NCBI GenBank assembly: GCA_963733295.1
Contig: CAVTCS010000003.1
Location: 1,408,001 to 1,472,000, forward strand
DNA length: 64,000 nucleotides
Reading direction: 5' to 3'
Origin: Vulcanimicrobiota bacterium
GTDB taxonomy: Bacteria > Vulcanimicrobiota > Vulcanimicrobiia > Vulcanimicrobiales > Vulcanimicrobiaceae
Below, piece after piece: positions 51,438-60,060 of this stretch. Each line of letters opens with the position of its first letter. Positions within the stretch are counted from its first letter, which is position 1. The position numbers were made by a program, and so were the translations under genes. The notes under the pieces were generated by a model. The model worked only from the letters and a program-made list of their open reading frames with translations. It was not told the DNA's origin and ran no database searches.

Positions 51438-51790
51438 GCGCGACGACGGAAGCGCTTTGGTTACGCGCACTCAACGCCTTGGGCGCGCGAGGATTGCTTC
51501 CCGGGAACAAGTCGCGCTTGACCTCGCGCGAACTCGGCGCCGAGGTCGCGCGGCGCGGCGACGATCGACTGGCCCGGCTGGTCGACGGCTGGTACTACCC
51601 GGCGTCCTACGGAGGCGTGCCGGGGATGCTTTCCGACGAGGAGGCAGCTCGCCTCGTTGCGGAACTCGAAGAGAACATCACGCCGATCGAGTTCGTGCCG
51701 ACGGAGATGCTGCAGCCGGGGCCGGAACATCGGCCGTCGCGCCGCATACCAGGCTGCGAGCTTTGCGGGTTTCCGGTGGGTTTGCAATAG
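51434..51790 (+). CDS. DUF4129-like hypothetical protein with C-terminal CxxC
   Basis: LGARG......LTSREL...L..LV..YY.A.YG; follows MoxR/DUF58. Confidence 0.5.
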   Translation: MSATTEALWLRALNALGARGLLPGNKSRLTSRELGAEVARRGDDRLARLVDGWYYPASYGGVPGMLSDEEAARLVAELEENITPIEFVPTEMLQPGPEHRPSRRIPGCELCGFPVGLQ

Positions 51791-51792
51791 CT

Positions 51793-51924
51793 ATGCCGCC
51801 GCCTGTCCGAATCTGGAAGTCGCGACCTGCGCTGTGGATCGCGCTCACCCTCTTTGCGATCCTATGCGGCGTCCTAGGCCTCGTCGCGTACCTGTTCCAA
51901 ACTATCGGGGCCGCGCTCAAGTAG
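51793..51924 (+). CDS. Small single-TM protein
   Basis: ATG 2 nt after the previous stop; one hydrophobic helix. Confidence 0.4.
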   Translation: MPPPVRIWKSRPALWIALTLFAILCGVLGLVAYLFQTIGAALK

Positions 51925-52018
51925 TTTCTCGCGTGGACCTGCTCACTTTACGTTCAACAGGTTTCGGCAAACGTCAACGTAGTGCACCGCACCGTCAGCG
52001 ATTGCTCAGAAACAAAAG

Positions 52019-52050
52019 AAAACGCCCAATCCTTGGTGGACGGGCGTTTT
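52019..52050. terminator. Intrinsic terminator hairpin downstream of tRNA-Phe
   Basis: AAAACGCCC...GGGCGTTTT arms. Confidence 0.65.
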
Positions 52051-52058
52051 GAATGATG

Positions 52059-52131
52059 TGCCGAGAGCCAGAATCGAACTGGCGACACCAGGTTTTTCAG
52101 ACCTGTGCTCTACCGACTGAGCTATCTCGGC
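52059..52131 (-). tRNA. tRNA-Phe(GAA), CCA not encoded
   Basis: GCCGAGATAGCTCAG...CAGGT-CTGAAAA-ACCTG...GTTCGATTC...CTCGGCA. Confidence 0.96.
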
Positions 52132-52260
52132 GCAGTTAGAAGTTTATCTTGTTTTCGCTGCCTGCTCGGGCCTCCGTCGTCACCCGTGCGATCCGCGTGG
52201 CAAGTCGGACGCGAACGTCGCTTTCGGTGGGCTTAGATGTTCCGCCTTTCCCGCTAACGA

Positions 52261-53913
52261 TCACCAGCCGGGCGGCAAGATCCAGAGGTTGCCGGCGCAC
52301 TCAAGGTTCGCATTGACGCCGACACAGTGGACAGCGGCTCCCTCAATTGGAGCAGCCTGAATGGCGCGCTTCAGCTCTTGGGACGGTCCAAAAAGAAAGA
52401 CGTTTCGGAATCGTTCGGCGCTTACGAGGTCGTTTCGCGTAAAACCAGGATCCTCGGCGTCGCAAAGATAGCACCTTGGGCGAAGCATGACGGCGGTGTT
52501 CTCTCCAAGGTAGTAGCTTAAGACCGCGCTGTGGACGATTCGATTGTCGCTGATGATTAAGGCGTGCGGAGACCGGGAGATCACACGGGCGACCGTCTTC
52601 GACTCGTCGTTCAGCTTGTTCCACCACGTTTCGGCGCGCGCGCTCAGGGCTAGGGAAACGATGCAGCTGAAAAATATGAGGGTCGCGGCGAGGTTCCAAA
52701 AAGCGCGTCGAGAGGCTGACCGGGCCGCATCTAATTCTGAGGCAAGACAGCCGGCCACGCTGAGCACGATTGCGACGTACAACGGCATATAGTAACGTGG
52801 CACTGACGTACGATCGGGTAGCGTTAGGTTGAGCAGCAGTATCGGGACCGAGGTGGAAAACATAAGAGCGAGAACGAACTTCCAGGAACGGCTGCACGTC
52901 AGCTTACAGATGCAGTACAACGAGTACGCAATCAGACCGAGAACGGCGACGGCTCCTGCCACTTGTAAACCCGCCGTCCTAAGCGGGTCGAGGTCGATGA
53001 AAGCCAGTCGCAGTTGTCCCAGAAACCTCCTCAGCGCGTGAAACGCGGACGTTCTCTCGCTTAGGACCTGCATTCCAGTCTTGGCGGACGGAGTCAATGC
53101 GGCCCCAATCTGTTGCTGATGCTGGTACAAGACGTACAACCAGGGACTGAACAGAACGAGCGCCGTGAAAGCGCTCGCGATAAAGGCGGCCAAGGATCTC
53201 GTCGGACGAAAACCTGTAACCGCGAGAACATAGATCCCATGACCGAGAGCCACCAGCAACGTCAACGGATACGTATACAAGCCGACGGTAAAGCTGAGGG
53301 CGTACAACGCCCACGCGTTCACGCTTTCCAAGCTCATGGCACGAAGGAGGGATGCGGACATCCAGACGGTTGCCGCCGCCCAAAGAATATACTCGCGATT
53401 CTCCTGTGAATACAACACGAATATCGGTGAGACCGCGATCAAGCTCGTGCCGAGCCAGGCGCTTCGCTGCGACCGAAAAAGCTCTTTGCAAAGCCAATAC
53501 ATCAGAGGTAGCATCAGTAGACCTATCGCTACCGAGAGGCTCCGCATCGCAGCGATCGACGTGCCGGCATACTTCGTCCAGAAGTGTGCGGCGACGTAGT
53601 AGAGCGGGGGATGCTGGGGGTCCTCGCTTGCGAGCGAGGCGATTGTCTCTGTGACCGGCCGGCGTTGCTCGGCTGTAGGCCTGACAAGTTTCGAAAGATC
53701 CGACATGGTCGCCAAGCCGGCGGCGCGTCGTACGAGCTCCCCTTCGGTCAATCCAACGATTCGAAGCGAGCTATAGACCTCATCAGCCCAGTAGACCTTA
53801 TAGTCGAGGTGATAAAGTCGAAACCAAACCCCGATCAGGACTACGACAGTCAAACCCCAAGCCGGCCAGGATCGGGCTGAGAGTCTCGCTTGCTCGCTTA
53901 ATCGACGTGCCAT
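52261..53913 (-). CDS. GT-C (PMT_2/GT39-like) membrane glycosyltransferase, paralog of 40591-42195 (start uncertain)
   Basis: YW.DE, EDPQHPPLYY, YSQENREY, TWWNK. Confidence 0.85.
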   Translation of the reverse strand: MARRLSEQARLSARSWPAWGLTVVVLIGVWFRLYHLDYKVYWADEVYSSLRIVGLTEGELVRRAAGLATMSDLSKLVRPTAEQRRPVTETIASLASEDPQHPPLYYVAAHFWTKYAGTSIAAMRSLSVAIGLLMLPLMYWLCKELFRSQRSAWLGTSLIAVSPIFVLYSQENREYILWAAATVWMSASLLRAMSLESVNAWALYALSFTVGLYTYPLTLLVALGHGIYVLAVTGFRPTRSLAAFIASAFTALVLFSPWLYVLYQHQQQIGAALTPSAKTGMQVLSERTSAFHALRRFLGQLRLAFIDLDPLRTAGLQVAGAVAVLGLIAYSLYCICKLTCSRSWKFVLALMFSTSVPILLLNLTLPDRTSVPRYYMPLYVAIVLSVAGCLASELDAARSASRRAFWNLAATLIFFSCIVSLALSARAETWWNKLNDESKTVARVISRSPHALIISDNRIVHSAVLSYYLGENTAVMLRPRCYLCDAEDPGFTRNDLVSAERFRNVFLFGPSQELKRAIQAAPIEGAAVHCVGVNANLECAGNLWILPPGW

Positions 53914-54206
53914 AGACCCGACCGAAGGGGTTTCCCCTTTCCAAGCACCCATACCCAGGCGCTCACCGGGACGAGAGAATGTTCGCGTCGGCGAGACCGA
54001 CTCGGAGACCGCGGTGCGCGCTTCCATAGCACGACCGACGTACCGCGTGCTTACACGGCATTGCCACCACGAAAAATTCGACGAATTGCAGGCCGGATTC
54101 GCTCCCGCGCATGACATAATCCGGGCTCGGTAGAACCATCGAGCATGGTTGCCGCAAGACCAAGATCTGCGTGCTTTCGGCTTACCGGGAGTAAACCGGG
54201 CTGACC

Positions 54207-54935
54207 TTGCGCACTCGATTGCGCGAACGATGCGAGAGCATTGTACGACCAATAATCCGGCCGATCTCTCGCGCTCTCAGCGATAAGTATTACTTCCGCA
54301 TTGGCGTCCAAGAGCGGCATTGGCGACAGGCCTTCTTCTACAATGCGTTCCGAGCACTCTCGTTCAACCACATCGGTGGCGACTACGCTGAGTTCGGATG
54401 CCACGGTGGAAGCACGTTCTCGCTCGCATATCAGGAGATGCGAAGACACGATCTCCCGGGCATGATGTGGGCCTTCGATTCGTTCCAAGGCCTTCCGGCG
54501 CTGAAGGATGCCAAGGACAGTCACCCGTTTTGGGTCGAGGGGAGACTGGCGACCTCGGTCGATCAATTCGCGGCAATCTGCAAGGCGAGCAAGATTCCGC
54601 GCGAGCGTTATCGCATCGTTCCCGGTTTCTACGAGCAGTCGCTTCCGGCCATCGGAGCGACCGGAGAACCTCACGACGTCGCTCTCGCCTATATCGACTG
54701 CGATTTATACTCGAGCACGAAGGCTGTCCTTGATTTCTTGCGACCCAGACTCAAGCACGGTATGATTCTCGGATTCGACGATTACTTCTGCTATTCGTCG
54801 GAGCAACTTGCGGGCGAGCGTCGAGCATTGCTGGAGTCGTTTCCTGCAGACGGGCGATGGTTTTTGCTGCCATACATGCAGTTCGGGTGGGCGGGGCTGT
54901 CGTTTGTCGTTGAAGATCGACAGAAGGCGCTTTGA
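54207..54935 (+). CDS. TylF/MycF/NovP-like O-methyltransferase
   Basis: GDYAEFG..G, FDSFQGLP, YIDCDLY.ST, FDDY. Confidence 0.88.
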   Translation: MRTRLRERCESIVRPIIRPISRALSDKYYFRIGVQERHWRQAFFYNAFRALSFNHIGGDYAEFGCHGGSTFSLAYQEMRRHDLPGMMWAFDSFQGLPALKDAKDSHPFWVEGRLATSVDQFAAICKASKIPRERYRIVPGFYEQSLPAIGATGEPHDVALAYIDCDLYSSTKAVLDFLRPRLKHGMILGFDDYFCYSSEQLAGERRALLESFPADGRWFLLPYMQFGWAGLSFVVEDRQKAL

Positions 54936-55112
54936 TAAGCAGCGCGCCGCAAGGCAAAGGATAGGCGCCGGAAAGAGATCTCGACCCCGTCCGGTCTGTC
55001 AAGTTTGACGAGTCGGCGACGCTTCAAATTAGTGACTGCCTCGCAAAAGGTCGCGGCGAGGGTAGCGGGATAGTACGCTATCTCGCTTACCGAGTCACCG
55101 AGGGAGCTCGAA

Positions 55113-56321
55113 TTGGCCAACATCGCCGATGTAGCGATCATCGGCGCCGGACCCTACGGACTCTCGATTGCAGCGTTCTTACGCGAGCGCGGCCTCGACG
55201 TTCGAATCTTCGGGCGACCGATGGACACGTGGCGCAAGCATATGCCCAAAGGCATGTGCCTGAAATCCGAAGGCTTCGCGTCGGGAATCTACGATCCGGA
55301 AGGAGCGTTCACGCTCGCAAAGTTCTGTCGCGACGCCGGTGTCGACTATGCCGACGTCGGTATTCCCGTGGCGCTCGAGACGTTCTGCGCGTACGGCTTG
55401 GCCTTTCAGCAGACGTTCTTGCCCGATCTCGACCAACGTGAAGTCTTTCGCGTCGCGGGCTCGCCCGGCGCATTCGAACTCCAGCTCGACGACGGGGAGA
55501 GCGTCCGGGCACGTCGCGTTATCGTAGCGGTCGGCATCAGTCACTACGAACATCTGCCGCCGGAGCTGTCCGCGTTGCCGCCCGACCTCGTCACGCACAG
55601 TTCGCGCAATCACGAGTACGCCCACCTGAAGGGCAAGAGCGTTGCGGTCATCGGCGCGGGCGCTTCCGCGGTCGACGTATCGGTGGCGCTGCATGAAGCG
55701 GGCGCATTTCCGCAACTCGTCGCACGAACTCAACGGCTGGCCTTTCACGAGCCTCCGCAAGTCGCGCGCTCGTTCGTAAGCCGCCTTCGTTATCCGCGTT
55801 CCGGTCTCGGTTGTGGGCTGAAGTCACGCTTCTTCACCGATTTGCCGGATATCTTCTTCATGTTTCCGCGCCGATTCCGCGCGCGCGCCGTGCGAACGCA
55901 GCTCGGGCCCGCGCCTTGCTGGTTTACCAAAGACAAGTTCGTGCCGAACGTTCCGACGACTCTGGCGGTGTCGATCGAGCGCTGCGAGGTGCGCGACGGG
56001 CGCGTAGCGCTGCACCTCCGCGCCAAGGACGGTCTGCGGCGCGAAGTCCTGGTCGACCACGCGATCGCGGCCACCGGATACCGCGTCGATCTCGGACGCC
56101 TCGGTTTCCTTGGCGACGAGTTGCGGTCTTCGCTTCGGGTTTTTGCAGACGCACCGCTTTTGACGCGGAACTTCGAATCTTCGGTTCCCGGTTTGTTCTT
56201 CGTTGGGTTATCTGCGGCGAACAGTTTCGGTCCGCTGCTGCGTTTCGCGTACGGAGCGAGGTTCGCGGCAGGCCGGCTCCGCTCGTACCTAGCGACGAAC
56301 GGCCGTCGTGCAAGTAGCTGA
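55113..56321 (+). CDS. FAD/NAD(P)-dependent oxidoreductase
   Basis: IIGAGPYGLS, WR.HMP.GM.LKS, GAGASA, ATGY, FESSVPGLFFVG. Confidence 0.88.
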   Translation: MANIADVAIIGAGPYGLSIAAFLRERGLDVRIFGRPMDTWRKHMPKGMCLKSEGFASGIYDPEGAFTLAKFCRDAGVDYADVGIPVALETFCAYGLAFQQTFLPDLDQREVFRVAGSPGAFELQLDDGESVRARRVIVAVGISHYEHLPPELSALPPDLVTHSSRNHEYAHLKGKSVAVIGAGASAVDVSVALHEAGAFPQLVARTQRLAFHEPPQVARSFVSRLRYPRSGLGCGLKSRFFTDLPDIFFMFPRRFRARAVRTQLGPAPCWFTKDKFVPNVPTTLAVSIERCEVRDGRVALHLRAKDGLRREVLVDHAIAATGYRVDLGRLGFLGDELRSSLRVFADAPLLTRNFESSVPGLFFVGLSAANSFGPLLRFAYGARFAAGRLRSYLATNGRRASS

Positions 56322-57522
56322 GCGTTCGCCCGAGATGGGTTCGGAGCGCGCCTCCAAGCGGGACCTTACGTGTCTGGTCGCCACCTGCGAGTCGTGGTGG
56401 TCGACCGCGATGCTGCCGTCCCTTCTCGTACAGCAGTTCGCAGTCACAGGTCTTTCGCCCGGCGTTCTGAACCTGAGCCGTCACGTCCGGCACAAGCTGA
56501 CGTGCTCGCGCGACCCGCGCGCCGCTGCGCTTGCGATGCGCGAACTCATTGCGCGGCAACGTTTCGATTGGATCGTCATCGGCGACGACGCACTCTTTCG
56601 CGCCCTGCTGGAAAGCGGTGAACGTGAGTCGCTGCGTGGGTGGTTTCCCGTCGATCCGTTCCGCGAAGATCTCATCGCTCTGGTCAGCTCGAAGCACGGG
56701 TTCGCGCAGCGGGCCCCGGAGCTCGGCGTACCCGTGCCGGAAAGCTGCCTCGCCACGACCTTGAGTGCTGCTCTCCAGGCTGCCGCGAACTTCGGCTTCC
56801 CGGTCGTCGTAAAAGGGCCCCACGGCTTTGCCGGCTCGGAGGTTCGCATCGCGGAAAACGAACCGGCTCTTCTTCGTACGTGCCAGACGCTGCTCGAGCG
56901 CTACGGTAAGGTGCTTCTGCAGCGCTTCGTGCGCGGCTCGAACGCAAGCGCAGCGATCCTCTACGAGCGCGGCAAGCCGCTTGCGTACAAGGCGTATTTT
57001 ACCGAGTGCGCGTTCCCGCACGCGCACTCCGCGGCGACGGTCCATCGCACGTTGCGGCATAGCTCGCTCGAACCGATCGTCCGCGCCATCGGTGCTGCGA
57101 CCGGCTTCCACGGAATGGCAGGCATCGATTTCGTCGTCGAGGATCGGACCGGACGCCTCTTCGCGATCGAAATCAATCCGCGACCCACGAGTGCTTTCTC
57201 GGGACTGCGGGCCGATCGCACGTTTTTCGGTCATGCTATCGCGCGCTTTTTGGAAGGCGGCGACGCGCCGACGGAACGATACGAAGCCCGAGACGGCGCG
57301 CAAGCGTACTTCCCGGACTATGCCTTCTATTTCTTGAATCGCGCGAACAAAGTCGAGCCCGGCTCGTACCGGCGGCTTCTGTCGTGTCTCGCGGAGTCGC
57401 CTGGGTCGGAAGTCCCGATTGCAACCTGGGCGATCGCCCGCTATGCATACGATCGCGCTACGCACCACGTTCCGGGCCTGCGCGTGTGGTTCGAGTCTCG
57501 ACGCCGCGCGCGGCGTCCTTAG
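56308..57522 (+). CDS. ATP-grasp domain protein
   Basis: GFPVVVK, LLQRFV.G, GIDF, IEINPR. Confidence 0.85.
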   Translation: MQVAERSPEMGSERASKRDLTCLVATCESWWSTAMLPSLLVQQFAVTGLSPGVLNLSRHVRHKLTCSRDPRAAALAMRELIARQRFDWIVIGDDALFRALLESGERESLRGWFPVDPFREDLIALVSSKHGFAQRAPELGVPVPESCLATTLSAALQAAANFGFPVVVKGPHGFAGSEVRIAENEPALLRTCQTLLERYGKVLLQRFVRGSNASAAILYERGKPLAYKAYFTECAFPHAHSAATVHRTLRHSSLEPIVRAIGAATGFHGMAGIDFVVEDRTGRLFAIEINPRPTSAFSGLRADRTFFGHAIARFLEGGDAPTERYEARDGAQAYFPDYAFYFLNRANKVEPGSYRRLLSCLAESPGSEVPIATWAIARYAYDRATHHVPGLRVWFESRRRARRP

Positions 57523-58466
57523 AGACTCATTCCGACCGCTTGACTCACGGGGCCGACGGTTTGGGCGGGCACCGCGTTACCGCTGGCACCACTCGAGTAG
57601 ACGACGACATATCCGGGGAAGCCGCTCGCCCCGAAGTTGCTGACGTAGATCCGACCGTTCGAGTCGACCGCGATGAACTCGGGGGTCTGCAGACCTGTGA
57701 GATTGCCGCTGATGGTTCGGGCCGGCGGCGCGTTCGACATCGCTCCGGGGCTGTAGACCGTGATGCTGTTACCGAGATCGTTGACGACGTAGAGGTTACC
57801 CGCGCTGTCAAAGGCGATTCCCACCGGACCGTTGAGACCCGTTGCCGCTCCGGAGATCGTGCGCAGCGGCGCGACGTTCCCCATCGCGCCCGCCGCGAAA
57901 ACCGAGATGGAGTTCCCGGCGAAATTCGCGATATAGATCTTTCCGGTCGAATCGACTGCCACGCCATCAGGGGTGCTGAGGCCGGTGGCCGAACCGCCGA
58001 TCGTGAATGCCGGAGCGATGTTGCCGTTCGCCGGCAAAGTGAATCCGGTCAGTGCGTTACCGACTTGATTCGTAACGAGCAGGTTGCCCGAGCTGATGCA
58101 GAGACCGAACGGCGAGTTCAGCTGCGTGCTGTTCCCGGAGACTTGAAAGACCGGCGAAACGGTGCCGCCCACGTTCGGCGGAAAGACGAGCAACTGGTTC
58201 TGGTTCGTGTTCGCGACATAGATTTTGCCCGAGCTGTCGCGCACGATTCCGGTTGCGCTTTGCAGCTGCGTCCCGCTTCCGGAGATCTGTAAGGGAGGCG
58301 TCGGGTTTCCGTTGGCAGTCGTGGGGTAGCCGAGGATGAAGAGACCCATCTGCGTGATGTAGAAGCGCGGGCCGCTGTTTGGCGGCATGTACGTCGAGGG
58401 TTGGCTGCTGCATGCAGCGAGCGCAACGAAACCAAGAGCGACGGTCAGAAAACGCAACGAGCCCAT
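57519..58466 (-). CDS. NHL-repeat beta-propeller lipoprotein
   Basis: Lipobox LAAC; about six repeats of GN..P...ISG..T.L..P.GIA.D..G.IYV.N. Confidence 0.85.
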   Translation of the reverse strand: MGSLRFLTVALGFVALAACSSQPSTYMPPNSGPRFYITQMGLFILGYPTTANGNPTPPLQISGSGTQLQSATGIVRDSSGKIYVANTNQNQLLVFPPNVGGTVSPVFQVSGNSTQLNSPFGLCISSGNLLVTNQVGNALTGFTLPANGNIAPAFTIGGSATGLSTPDGVAVDSTGKIYIANFAGNSISVFAAGAMGNVAPLRTISGAATGLNGPVGIAFDSAGNLYVVNDLGNSITVYSPGAMSNAPPARTISGNLTGLQTPEFIAVDSNGRIYVSNFGASGFPGYVVVYSSGASGNAVPAQTVGPVSQAVGMSL

Positions 58467-58474
58467 AGGTCCTC

Positions 58475-59035
58475 CTAGGAAAGCCAACGCACCACCGATT
58501 CGATCTGCCGCGGCCGGCCCTGCGGCGGCTCCATCGCGGGGCGACCCAGGTAAACGAACGCGACGATCCGGTCCCCGTTGTCGAGGCCAAGTACCGCTTT
58601 TACCTCATTACGATACGCCATTTCGCCAGTCCGCCACATCGCGCCGAATCCTCGCGCGTAGGCGGCCAAGAGAAGATTCTCCACCGCGGCCGCGCCGGCT
58701 GCGAAATCTTCGGAGGCAACGACCGGGTCGGGGTCGGTACGGACGCTGACAACGATCACCACCGGCGCGCGCAAGAGTTTGCCGGCTTCGCGCTCGAGCG
58801 CGCCCGTGCGGGCCTCTCCGCTCAGCTTCGTTTCGTTTTCGACGACCGACGCCCAGGCCGCACCGACCCGTTCGCGCGCAGCACCCTTTAAAACGGTGAA
58901 ACGCCACGGCTCGGTGAGCCGGTGGTTCGGCGCCCAGAGGGCGGCTTCGATGAGCGCCCGGATCTCTTCGTCCGGCACGTCGCCGCCCAGTTTTCCGATG
59001 CTCCGCCGCGTGCGGAGCGCTTCCATGACGTCCAT
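58475..59035 (-). CDS. Nitroreductase family protein (YdjA-like)
   Basis: RRSI, APNH.LTEPWRF, AVENLLLAA..G.G..WRTG. Confidence 0.92.
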   Translation of the reverse strand: MDVMEALRTRRSIGKLGGDVPDEEIRALIEAALWAPNHRLTEPWRFTVLKGAARERVGAAWASVVENETKLSGEARTGALEREAGKLLRAPVVIVVSVRTDPDPVVASEDFAAGAAAVENLLLAAYARGFGAMWRTGEMAYRNEVKAVLGLDNGDRIVAFVYLGRPAMEPPQGRPRQIESVVRWLS

Positions 59036-59094
59036 CGATCCTCGCCGGCAGAATGATCGCGCCGGACCCGTTTCCGAATCCGGCGCGTCGCAAC

Positions 59095-59171
59095 TGGCGA
59101 CGTTGAAGGGGCTCGAACCCTCGACCTCCGCCGTGACAGGGCGGCGCTCTAACCAACTGAGCTACAACGCC
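59095..59171 (-). tRNA. tRNA-Asp(GTC)
   Basis: GGCGTTGTAGCTCAG...CCGCC-CTGTCAC-GGCGG...GGTTCGAG...GCCA. Confidence 0.97.
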
Positions 59172-59276
59172 AGGCTCAAGGTGGGGCGCGTTCGCCCGGG
59201 GAGGCCCGGCAGCCTGCGCTCTAGCGTACAACGTTTGTCAAGGCGGCTCCGGTGCGGAATTCGGAACCATTTCAAA

Positions 59277-59351
59277 TGGTGGGCACGGTTGGGATTGAAC
59301 CAACGACCCCCCGCGTGTGAAGCGGATGCTCTCCCACTGAGCTACGCGCCC
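59277..59351 (-). tRNA. tRNA-Val(CAC)
   Basis: GGGCGCGTAGCTCAG...CCGC-TTCACAC-GCGG...GGTTCAATCC...ACCA. Confidence 0.96.
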
Positions 59352-59614
59352 GCGCCTCGACTCTTCCACGGCTCCGGCGCCGTTCCGCCCTCGCGCGGAA
59401 GAGGCCGCGCCGCGTGCGTGCTCCGAAGCTCGCTCGGCTTTCGATCTTTAAATGCGGCACGCAGCCGGTCTGCTTCTCGACAAATGTCGCCGGCGACGGT
59501 ACTGCGTTCGAGATCAGCACCGCGACGCCGTCGCTCCTACCGCCTCGATTGTAAAGCTTCGAACGTAGGCGTAGGCTGGGAAGGCCGGGCAAGCGGGGTA
59601 TATAAGCATCCCAC

Positions 59615-60043
59615 ATGCTCGAGGACTACCGCTACGTCCACCGCTTCCCGGTCCCGTTTTCCGACGTGGATATGCTGCAACACGTCAACAACGTTGCCTA
59701 CGTCCGTTGGGCCGAGGAGATCCGCAGCTCGTATTTCGCCGAGATTCTTCACGAAGACATCGGCGGCGAGCGCGGCATCATCATCGCCAAGTTGGAGATC
59801 GTGTACGAGCGTCCGCTCTTCTACCACGACGAGGTCGCGATCGGTTGCCGGGTGAGCCGCATCGGACGCAAATCCTTCGACATTTCGTATGAAATCTGGA
59901 ACGAAGGGGAACAGGTCCGCTGCGCTCATCTGCACACGCCGATGGTCGCTTTCAACTACGTCACGAATGCCACGGTTGTCGTTCCGGATGTCTGGCGCGA
60001 ACTTATCGCCGCGTTCGAAACCGCGCCGGTGGGCGTCGCGTGA
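59615..60043 (+). CDS. Acyl-CoA thioesterase (hotdog, 4HBT-like)
   Basis: FSDVDMLQHVNNVAY..W.EE.R, RIGRKSF. Confidence 0.9.
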   Translation: MLEDYRYVHRFPVPFSDVDMLQHVNNVAYVRWAEEIRSSYFAEILHEDIGGERGIIIAKLEIVYERPLFYHDEVAIGCRVSRIGRKSFDISYEIWNEGEQVRCAHLHTPMVAFNYVTNATVVVPDVWRELIAAFETAPVGVA

Positions 60044-60060
60044 AAGCCGTGTGGTGAGCG

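Noticed and set aside
57519..58466. DNA-level repeat array or CRISPR
   Set aside because: The periodicity reflects NHL protein repeats; no constant repeat-spacer array was seen anywhere in the window.
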